From contig CATNEN010000031.1 in the NCBI GenBank assembly GCA_950097015.1, positions 2,976,001-3,040,000 of the forward strand: a stretch of DNA of 64,000 bases, read 5' to 3'. Origin of the DNA: Macrostomum hystrix. Its lineage: Eukaryota; Animalia; Platyhelminthes. The notes under the pieces are model-generated. The model saw only the letters and a program-made list of their open reading frames with translations, did not search any database and was not told the origin of the DNA. A program made the position numbers and the translations under genes. Every line of letters starts with the position of its first letter. Positions within the stretch are counted from its first letter, which is position 1. Positions 50,262 to 60,791 of the stretch are shown one piece after another.

Positions 50262-53200
50262 ATGACTGGTTGGTGTACTAAGCTTGCTTTTTTATTGACC
50301 ATTTGCACAACGGTTCTGTCTCAAGGTACTTAGCATTATTATTGTCAATCTTTTTTTCCTTTCCCATTTTTACTAATCACGGTTACATGGTTTGACTTAT
50401 CTGTAAAATATAATAATCCGTTTCCAAGAATTAATCATTTATTGCTCTTTACCAAATTTATTTTTAACTCTGTTAACAGTTTTGAGCCCTTACGCAGCAA
50501 TAGTTTTAACACTCAACGAATATTATTATAAAATCAAAAATATATAGTACAAGCACAAATAGCAGGTGAAACCTATCACGGTACTTCTTATTGTTATATA
50601 ATATTTATTTGCTTATAAAAACATGCAATAGAAAAAACGATATTTTTTCCTTTTCTTTATAAGCAAAAAGTTATAGGCAAATTATTATTATTGTATATGA
50701 CTAAGAGATCAACCAAGTGACATAATAGCTAAAGAAAAAACTGTTTACCTTGACTGAAAAAATGAATATGCCTAGAGTTGTCTCACATTGCCCTCATAAG
50801 TTTATGAGAGTTGTCTCATAAAACCCATGGGGTTTTATTGAACACTTTTACGTTTTATCTAATTCTCTAAAAGCAATACAGTATTTCTACATGGTTGTCA
50901 AGTCTAAAAATGAGTGTATATACAAAAGATATAATGTGCATTTTTATTTAAAATTTTCGTAGCTACCTGATTCAGAAATTGTAAAAAAACAAGTATCTTT
51001 AACTTATCTATACTAATCTACTATGCCAAAATTGAATTTTAGATTTTCTCGGATCTTGCACTTGCGATTTGACTAGCAATGCTTGTGACATGAACTGCTG
51101 CTGCGACCCGGACTGTTCGGTGGACATCAAGCAGACTTTTTCTGCCTGTTTTTCAACATACAAATAGTGGGTGCAGTGCCTCAGTTAAAAATATACACTC
51201 ATTCACAATTTTAAAAAACGTTAATTTTACTAATTTCAGTGAGAATGCGTTATCGTGCGATCAATCAGCGGTACTTTATCGGAACTTCACATCATATACG
51301 TCCAATACTACTAGCAGTAACCTTTTCTGCGTCTACTTGGATCGATGTAAGAAGCGTCAAAAAGGAAAACTTTTCTATTTCCTCTTATCTCTTAGCAATA
51401 TGAATTTGGTGTTAAAAATATTATTGACTGTAAATAATCCATACACTACGCCTTTTTAAGACTCCACCAGGAACTATTACGCATCTACGTCCATCGACCC
51501 GACCAGTGAGACAAGCGTTTCCACTGCCGTGAACACCTATGGCGCATCAACTGCCTTCAGTAGCGCAACTTCAGGCGTTGATCCCGCTTCGTTAAGAACT
51601 AATTATAGGGTCAGTGCAGCATTTTCTCGCATTAATCACTCTTAATTCCCACTCCCATCCTGAGCTCGAATCTCTACTGTCATCCTGAGCTTAAATCTCT
51701 ACTGTCATCCTCAGCTCGAATCTCTACTGTCATCCTGAGCTCGAATCTCTACTGTCATCCTGAGCTCAAATCTCTACTGTCATCCTGAGCTCAATTCTCT
51801 ACTGTCATCCTGAGCTCAAATCTCTACTGTCATCCTGAGCTTAAATCTCTACTGTCATCCTGAGCTCAAATCTCTACTGTCATCCTGAGCTCGAATCTCT
51901 ACTGTCATCCTGAGCTCAAATCTCTACTGTCATCCTGAGCTCAAATCTCTACTGTCATCCTCAGCTCGAATCTCTACTCCCATCCTGAGTTCAAATCTCT
52001 ACTGTCATCCTCAGCTCAAATCTCTACTCCCATCCTGAGCTCGAATCTCTACTCCCATCCTGAGCTCAAATCTCTACTGTCATCCTGAGCTCGAATCTCT
52101 ACTGTCATCCTGAGCTCGAATCTCTACTGTCATCCTGAGCTCGAATCTCTACTGTCATCCTGAGCTCGAATCTCTACTGTCATCCTGAGCTCGAATCTCT
52201 ACTGTCATCCTGAGCTCGAATCTCAATTTTACCCTGAGCTCAAATCCTCACTTCCTATCCTCCTGAGTTCAAAACTCAGTCTTGCCATCAGTCTCAAACG
52301 TCAGCTTTCATCGTAAGTCATGACATTAAATTTGGGCAACAATTTAATTAAGCCTAAACTTTTATTTATGCTGGTAGAGTGCCATCTAAATATTCTCCTC
52401 TCCTCCAACCAAGATCAACGTGCCAGTGCAGGTACTGTACTCCTTGGGCAGCGGAGTCCTACCCGGCTTCCTGCCTCATCCGCGATCGCCAGGTGGGCCC
52501 GACTGCAGCTACGCCAATCCGGCTCTGTTTCTCGACTCCTCAAACAGCAGCTGCGCGAAGCAAATCACTAGCGCAAACTGCCCCACTGAACCAGTTGTGG
52601 ACCTGACCAACTTTGTGTCCAACTTTCGAGTGGCCAGGTAAACCTGATATTCCCATATTCTTGCTCGCGAGGCACAAACTTCACCCGAGACTGAGTATCA
52701 CGAAGATGGTTAAATGTGACAATAAAAATCTGCACGACAGGCAGCCCAGTCTGTTGAGCGCCTCTACAAACTACAATGGCACAGACTTGGTCGACATCAG
52801 CCAAACCTCCATCATCTGCTTGAACGCTTCTGGGGGCAGAGTCGACTGCGCAGGCGAACCGAAGCCCACACTGAGCGGCAGCGAATGCGCCAACTTGCTG
52901 AGCGAGGTTCGTCACAATAAACCAATGCTGCCTAGACCAGTTTGATTTAGACATCATTCAGCAACCAATTCTGTTTAACACCTTCACTCACAGCTTGAAG
53001 TTCGGGGGTTCGACTCTCCATTGTACTGAAATATATTTTTTCCTTCAGCAAGACAATTAACTCTGCATTTCTTTAGTTCAAACAGCTGTTAAATGGGTAC
53101 CCGCATTGGCTGGGATAATTAAGGGTGGGTGTGGCGTGCCCCCAGTTCATGAACTGAACACAGCCTTCACATGTGCCTCGCAATAGCTGCGGCTGTGCTG

Positions 53201-55070
53201 TCGGCTGCATATCTAGCCTAATTAGGGCTGGTGTAATCAGTTATTATTATTATTATCATATTATCACTAAGACCAGAAACCATCTGCACCATTCGGAGGT
53301 TGAGTGGCAGAGCGGTCTAACGCGTTTGCCTCTCGCACCAAGGTCCCTGAGCTCGATTCCTCGGCGAGGCCACGTTCATTTGGGCGCAGCCGCGGAGAAA
53401 GGGCTTGGAGGCTTGTCATGCAATCTCCAAGGCACAGTGAAAGTGCACACTGCCTGACGATGAGAAAGTCAGGGCAGATGTACACACCTGTGTGAGCGTG
53501 TGCCTGCGTTCGGTATCTGTGTGCGTGTGTGCTCAGGAGTCAGCGAATCGGGCAGAATTGCCTCCTCGCTGGCTGCGTGTCTAGTGTCACCAAATGATGT
53601 GCCATTGCCCGCAGCCCTCTTAAAATTAAAATTATTATTATGTGCACCATTGCAGCTGAAGTACAATATACAGTACACACACGGCACTGGCATCACGGCC
53701 GTGACCTACGACGCTGTGCTGCGCACCGTTTCGGTTGGCTCATACCTGCAGCAGACATTCGCGCTTAGCTACAATTTTGTAAGCCACTTTTTCGTTATCT
53801 TGTCCAGCATTTTACGCACATAGATCAAGGGGCATATAGAAAAATGAATAAAATAATACGATATTTATGTTTGCACAAATAAAGCTTGACAAGCATCCAT
53901 GGAGTCATTTACAAGGAAGCTAATATCTTCCAAACACTCTACAAAGTTTGTGCTGAAAAAAAGTAAAAATCTCCGTAGTGTATTTTTCCAAGAAACTTAA
54001 ATTACCGTCATTCTACTCCTAGAGGTTCCTGCTATTTGTATCCGTATTAGCTATTATCATTGTCTGTTTGCACTATATCGAATGATTATGCACTTCCTCA
54101 GAGCGGCAGCGGGTCTAGCGACCTGTACGATAGAAGCGGCAATCCGGGCTACTTGACGGGCCGGCCGCTACTCGCCGGCCAGGTGAGCGTTAATTCGACC
54201 GTTGGCCCGGTTCCCAACCCCAGCCGATGGCGCGTCACCCTGCCACCAGTGAGCGCCGACGGGTCCTGCAACGACGCAGAGATCGGTGTCACAGCCGGCC
54301 AGACGGTTCTGTTCGGCGAGAACATTCGCGCCACCTGTCTGCGCAGCCTGTCGTGGAACTCCACAGTCAAACAGCTGACGACCGCGTGCTCCGATGTGAA
54401 CGCTGCAATTCAGCGCTCGCTAATCAGTTTGGGCTCTGCGGGCAATATTGCGCTGGCCGCGTTCGGCAACGCCAGTTCTAGCAGCTCGGGCGACTGGTTC
54501 AGGATCAGCGTGGATTCCTGCAGCGGGGTTCCTTCTTCGACTGCAACAGCCTGCACTGGCATGATCCTGGGCGGTCGACTGGAGATCCTGATGGCCCGAG
54601 CCGGCTCTGTGTCCAATGCGCAGAACAAGCTGGTGGCAGCCCGATTGTCCTGCGAGGTTGGAACGATTGCGTTTCCTGTAAGTTGGCGCCTTGACAACAA
54701 ATCTGTCGGAGCTGCTGCATTTACTTGCTATTAACACCTTCAAATGGTTGTCAGTCAAAGTTTAAAATGACCGTTACTTCACGCCAATCCGCTTCTCCAG
54801 TGCGCTGCCGGCTCCTGCACGGCAGCCACCGCGACCCTCAGCAGGGTGAACTTTCTGACTTCGTACACCGTAGCTTTCATCGACGTGAGCGATCAGCCGC
54901 TGGAGGGCGCGAAGCAGCGCCCGGTCTACCTGCTCAGGCTGCCCACCGACTTTTTCTATCCACTCTACACTAGTGGAGGCACTGCTACCACTGGATACTC
55001 ACTCATGTCCCACTGCCTTCTACCGCTGCTACTTCTGGCTTCAGCTGCCACCAGCAGCAACTGGCTGTAG
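50262..55070 (+). CDS. TCTN1: Tectonic family protein (transition-zone MKS module), about 600 aa, 9 exons
   Basis: Exons 50262-50325, 51043-51166, 51240-51346, 51461-51609, 52414-52637, 52741-52906, 53656-53778, 54102-54677, 54801-55070 (1803 nt, phases consistent). Signal peptide, CTCDLTSNACDMNCCCDPDC, RSGNPGYLTGRPLLAG, VLFGENIRATC, AFIDVS and RLPTDFFYPL, plus a hydrophobic C-terminal tail. The paralogue number is uncertain. Confidence 0.93.
51655..52224. repeat. 25-bp minisatellite (CATCCTGAGCTCGAATCTCTACTGT) in TCTN intron 4
   Basis: About 22 visible units. Confidence 0.96.
52996..53252 (+). mobile_element. SINE family A copy (5'-truncated) in a TCTN intron
   Basis: B-box GGGGGTTCGACTC, core and (TTA)n tail match the 25384 copy. 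Confidence 0.8.
53295..53641 (+). mobile_element. SINE family B copy, apparently full length
   Basis: Head GTGGCAGAGCGGTCTAACG..GAGCTCGATTCC; (ATT)n tail ends about 14 nt before the next exon. Confidence 0.85.
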
Positions 55071-56052
55071 ACAATTACAGAGCTAGGCGTTGCCTCGAAA
55101 AGGTCGCGAATCTTTCGTCGCGTTTTTCTGACATAATTATTATTGTAAACTGTATGGAAATACTACGGAGGGTATAGCACATGCCTACATATTTTCAGTG
55201 CTCCAAAAATGTTCAACCAATCGCTATTTAAATTCAGAAGACGGGCTAAATTTGTACATTTCTCTATCCGATGAAACAACTTCCAACTCCCGTGGTTTTC
55301 CCCCAGGGGTAAAATTACCTTGTCTTACTACTGTTAGTGACCTAGACATTGATAATAAAGAATATTCGTTAATAAAGAAAATTAAATATTTGTGAATATT
55401 TTATCTGAAACATAAAACTATATAGAGCGCAGGCGCTCATTGTCGTATGATACGTACACATGCCTAACAGAACCGCGTTGTACAATTAAGCTGTGCATAT
55501 AATCGATATTTTTTGCTAATCTTTAAATGTCTGTCTGTGTATTCCTCTAGCATTCCTTAAATTAATGTAAACAAAAATACTTGGTTACAGAAAATAATTT
55601 TACGAGGTTGTTACATGCAGATGGCCCAAAAGCACATACTGTCCCCATGCATACAAATTTAAATTGAGATCGATGTCTGTGACTATTTTATTTGCGTATT
55701 TGATATATCACAAAGCATGTTAGTTCTCGCTGTTTCGATTAGTTGCAGTAAGTGTCAACTGTCCCTATATGCTTTGTATACACCAACTAAAATATATATC
55801 TATTTAACAATGTGACGCGAAAATTTAAAATTTCTATAAGAATTAACTATGCTACTCGTAATAGCAGTTGATCATACCGAAGCATGTAAAAGTAAATCCG
55901 AAAACCATCCAAATGAGAAGCCACAGATTGTATATAAAGTAGTGATTTTTTCTAGTGTACTGTTTGTTATGTAGTGAACGAAGGGAACAACGGATTTGTT
56001 GGCAGATTCCAAATTGAGCAGTTATCCTTTTTGTGATAGCTTTGTGTCCGTA

Positions 56053-56144
56053 TATTTATAGGTAGCTGATGTTAAATCGAAAGTTCTAGAAAACACGGAC
56101 TATAGAAGGTTCTAGAATATTCTGGCCACAGAAGGTTCTAGAAA
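56053..56144 (-). promoter_or_regulatory. Heat-shock-type promoter: three perfect HSEs plus TATAAATA
   Basis: cGAAa-gTTCt-aGAAa (56078-56092), aGAAg-gTTCt-aGAAt-aTTCt (56104-56123), aGAAg-gTTCt-aGAAa (56130-56144); TATAAATA on the minus strand at 56060-56053. Confidence 0.7.
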
Positions 56145-56739
56145 CTACTAGCTTCCTCACTGCACTACTCATAGTGGCAGTATGCGTAAATTAGCATTCA
56201 GTCAGTCAATACACAACACTGTTTTGTGGTACAGTACCTGTATAATAATGCAGAAAAAAAAGACATGTAGATCCTATATATGAAGCTCCCCCCCATCTTG
56301 CTTATTTTATAACAAGCAGACAAACCAATGCAGCTTACTATAAAAGATCTATAAAAGAACCAGCTTTATGAATCGAGCAAAAGTCGTGGCTTAACATTCT
56401 GGCAATAATTTATATGCTAAAATACAAAACTAGCCGTTATTGCAAGCTATAGACAATACAATTTTGGTTGTGTTTAAAGTGACATTATACAAACTATATT
56501 AGTTCGCGTACAGCTCGGCTTATGGTGCAAAACTGAGTACAAAAATGTCGGTCCAGTATAGAAAAGAGCCATCATGCAGCCGCGATTAATTAGTTGTACA
56601 CACAGACGTGAACTGCGCGCAGACATACAAAAAAAGAATATAGGCCAAATATACGTTGTGTAAATACGTTGTACATAGGTTTAGTTTGTTAATGTGCAAT
56701 CCAACGATGCTAAACATGTCTGAAAGTAACGTGAGAAAG

Positions 56740-57100
56740 GCGAAATTCAAGCAGCTGCAGCATTCTGAATTAGCGATTCCGATCGCATTCCATGCATGGC
56801 TGGGTGTTCGATTCGCGTTTTCTGACCGATTGCATAAGCTGCATGCGTCAGCCAGGCAGGCTTTCCAACATAGCGAGCCCGCGTCCCGCCCACGATCGCC
56901 AACATATAGCAGCGCTGATCTCGCAGTGGGCACGAAGGTGAGCAGCGGCTTTGGACATCCAGAACGGCTGTACTTGGCAGTACGAATCCATGCGTTTTCC
57001 GGGCATGTGTCCTGCAAACTGCAGTCGCCGCTTCTGGAAGTCCCATTGGGTGTGGCTGTTTCGAGAGCTACGGGTAATGGATGCCAAGAGTGGCGCCTGG
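56740..57100 (-). mobile_element. Degenerate RTE-like LINE 3' fragment
   Basis: Translates RRLQFAGH..SYCQVQ, homologous to the RRLQLAGH..SYCLQPVQ motif of the 33584 copy; frameshifted. Confidence 0.6.
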
Positions 57101-58726
57101 GTGACATTAATTTGTTTAAACTTCAAACAAAAAAGAAGCTGATAAAAATATTGTACTTTTAATGTTAAGTCGTGAATATCGATCGTTATAGTGCCAAAAA
57201 TGACCTAATCTTAATATTTCCTTATGCATGAATAGCCTTTTTCCTACACCACCGTGTAATACACTATCACTTTTGAAAGTGCATTGTCAACGTAAGCATC
57301 GTATTTTATGATTTCCCACCCATCAGAATCCTTGAATTGGTCATAACGCAATTTGTCGTAATCCTTTTTTCTTCGATTCATTTTTAAACCTCGCGCGACT
57401 TATTTCATTTCAAAATTCTGCATTTGCAGCACGGGCACATTCATGCTTTTTTACAAATAGACATTTCGTTTCGTGTTTGCCCCAAAAGGCTTATTGTCTG
57501 ATCCAAAGCGTCTATCTAGTATCTAGATATCTATCTATATAAAAAACCTATGGAAACTTATAGCCATAGGTTTAAATGTAAAAATACACATGTACAGCAC
57601 TACAGCTACAGTAAGTAATGTAGCTAAAATGTGTAGAATATTTTTACTTATATGCTGCTCATTATTCTCACAAGTAAAATGTAAAAATGCTTTATTATCA
57701 GTGGCACAGTGTGTAAGCTTCGATATTTACATCGCTATGCATTGTGTAAAAATACAGACAAATATATGAATTATTTTTAACCCACTATATAAGGCCTAGG
57801 CCCTATTCCTAAAATGTTATTTTTCACTCATCTAGAATCATAGAATGTAATGATAGCTAATTGACTAATGCTAATTTATAGAAACAGTAAAGGAAGGATC
57901 GAGATAGTATTTTTATGTCTGTAGGATTGCTGAATCATCAAGTTTGCAAGCACTTTTTGCTTTTTTTAGTTTGTAGGCCTAGCACTGCTGCCTAGGCCTA
58001 GTTAAAAAAAAGCATAGTATTTCAGCTATCTTTCTGGTTAATATTACTAATGTGAATCATTACTGCAATTTTCAACTTCTTATAATTTTGCCTTAGACCC
58101 CCTGGTTATATTTTATGTGGTTTGGAAAATTATAGAACTCTTATGCGAAATCTGTGCCAAATATTTCTACTACAAGTGCTAGGCCTATGGGTGCAAATAC
58201 TGAATAGTATCCAAAAATTAGGATGCACATCCACATGACATAGGATGTGAAGTCACTTTAAGATTTTTCACTGGGATACACAATTCTTTTGATGGTATTT
58301 TTGGATTGCCTAGATTCCTGATTAGGGTAGGTGTCAAGGAAGTGAAAAATGTCTGTGAGGGGCACTTAGTTACCAATTAATGGGCTGCCATAAAAAGATT
58401 TTCTAACAGTTTCCTGTCCCTCACTCCTAGTGATCCTTGCATAGAACTGGCTGGTTATGAGCGCTGTTTTTTTAGTTTGATCATTGTGTGTGCTGTTTAA
58501 AAATATTTAAAGATATTTGATGGGTATAGCCTGAATTACAAGTCACAGCGAACAGTTGACAGGCCTAAGCATACTATAACTTTCTTATGTGCAATATGTA
58601 CTTTTTACCAAATACCATTTATTAAAGTCTAATTGTAGCTCGTAGGCATAAAGGGCTTTACCATCGCATAGCAAATCAATAAACCCACAAGATTTGATCC
58701 CTCACTATTTCAGCCATCCATTTCAA

Positions 58727-59209
58727 ATGAGCCACCAATTGCTACACTTGAAGGATCTGCGCCCAATGCAGAAGAATGTCAATGTTCAGTTCATTGTGCT
58801 AGATGTGTACGAACCGACCCGCACCAAGGACGGCAGCGAGGTGCGCAATGTGAGCATCGCCGATCGCACTGGCCGCATGACACTCGCTCTGTGGAATGAA
58901 TACGGTCGCCAAGTTCATCCTGGTGACATTTGCCGCGTCCTGAATGGCTTAACCACCCTGTTCAAGCAGGAGATGACGCTGAATGTTGGCAAGAATGGCG
59001 AGTTACAGAAGACCGGCGATTTCATGATGGTATTCTCTGAGAAGCCCAACCTTAGCGAAGTGTCACCGGAGATTCTGGCCAAATATATGGAGATGAATGC
59101 TGGCATATCTGTGCCTATAGCTGCCACAGCTGGCGGCTCATCCGCCTCCGCCCCCGCCTCCAGATCGCGCGGCGGACCCTCGTTTGGCAGCGGCTGGGGC
59201 AAGGCTTAA
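58727..59209 (+). CDS. NABP2: SOSS complex subunit B (single-stranded DNA-binding OB-fold protein, NABP1/2 family), 160 aa, single coding exon
   Basis: LKDLRPMQKNVNVQFIVL, TKDGSEVR, ADRTG, GDICR and LQKTGDFMMVFSEKPNLSE match hSSB1/2. ATG at 58727 (the track's start at 58694 is a TTG upstream of a splice acceptor). Confidence 0.93.
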   Translation: MSHQLLHLKDLRPMQKNVNVQFIVLDVYEPTRTKDGSEVRNVSIADRTGRMTLALWNEYGRQVHPGDICRVLNGLTTLFKQEMTLNVGKNGELQKTGDFMMVFSEKPNLSEVSPEILAKYMEMNAGISVPIAATAGGSSASAPASRSRGGPSFGSGWGKA

Positions 59210-59480
59210 TAACCTTATCTAGGGTTATCCACCGCCTTCAGTGGGACAGACAGCTAAAACTGTCGTTCTATCCAACCCTCGGTTATTCCCGTGGATTATC
59301 CTCATCCATCGCAGTCAGTTCCATTCAACACTCCATTATTCCATTGGATAATCCTTATCCACCGCAATCGTTTCTAAATGACCCTAGGTTATTCCCTTGA
59401 ATAACCCTTTATCCATCGCTGTAAGTTCTATCGAACGCTCCATTATTCCTTTGGATTATCCTTATCCATCGCTGTCAGCA
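59210..59480. repeat. Degenerate about 53-bp repeat (dimer of about 107 bp) immediately after the NABP stop codon
   Basis: Recurring TTATTCC..GGATTATCCTTATCCATCGC blocks. Confidence 0.7.
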
Positions 59481-60791
59481 TTTAGTTGCATATTCAAGTC
59501 AGCAGCCTGCCACAATCTGAAATTATTTTTCAATTATTTGGTTGGTTTATTGGTTTGAATTTGTAAATGTTTGTAAATACGAAGTACTTTCTAATTTTGG
59601 AGGCATCTGTTTCAATTTTAAACTTGAAAACAAATTGGTCTATAATTAGATGAAAAAATTATATTGTGTAATACTTCAATAATTACTGTAGTTCATTAAT
59701 TGTTCTGACATGTAAAATCGCGTTTTTTTTAAATATACTCTTTCCTATCATTGGTCTAAGTCTGAGTCACTTCTGTATAAATTGTATAAATCGTATATTT
59801 TGTATAAATCGGCGATTAAAATTAACTAACATGCTTTTGTTTTTAATTTGGACTATTATACTGCATGTAGGTAGAAACATAAAGATAGAATTGTCAACGA
59901 ACCCAGTTGGGTCAGATGTACAGTCAGTCTTGCTCAAGTACTAATAATTTCGCCAGGTTTGAGGTTTGAGCTATTAGTGCTTTTGTTGAATAGTTAGGAG
60001 CTCTGGTCACTTTTTAGGCTACAGCTCCTTTAAAGGCGAAAAAATTGCATGTAAAGTGTCTGTTATATTAGAATTAGAACCATTTTAGTTCTAACAAACC
60101 GACAAACGAGTTGCTTTATTTGCTCGCTAATAAACTATCGAATACGTATGTACATGTGCGTGCGTGGACATCAGCTGTAATTGGAGCTAAATACGGTTGT
60201 CAATTCTGACCAGAATATGGTCGGCGCTATTATAGTCGTGACTTTTAAAGTACTGATAACTGCGAGATGTATATAAAAACATTGGCAAGAAATGTAAAAA
60301 AATTGTAGTATGGAAAATACTATTGTAACGATGCTTTACGAGCTGAGTAAATTATGCTGTTCGCTCACAACGGATTCGAATTATTTATTTATAAGCGGCA
60401 GGCTATATTGTAATGTTTCGCAATGTGAGGTGCGTGATTAATTCCAGAATTTATTTTGTATCCTTTAGAGCCTTGTTTTCCATGCAAACAGTTGTTTAAA
60501 ATTTTTGTCGTTAAAAGTCGGCACATTTTTGCGAATAATTAAAAAGCACTCACTTAGAAGCAAAACTTAGAGCCTTTTCGACATCATTTGCACATTTTAT
60601 TTTCATCGAAGTGTTTTATTAGTCAGCACTTAATCAGTCGCACTCAAATAAACTGCGGATCATTTTAGATTTCTTGATCAAACACAGCGCGAGAGAAAGA
60701 ATTAAAAGCCGTTGACGTTTCGTGCATAAAATATAGGCCTAGCTAAATTAACTTCTTAATACAAGTTCATTATATAGTTATTTATATTGCT

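Noticed and set aside
56586-57162. 168-aa and 173-aa ORFs as novel genes
   Set aside because: They overlap a frameshifted RTE-like relic and have no recognisable product.
59230-59450. TTATCCAC motifs as DnaA boxes or a bacterial origin
   Set aside because: They are part of a degenerate repeat in a eukaryotic 3'UTR and do not match the 9-mer exactly.
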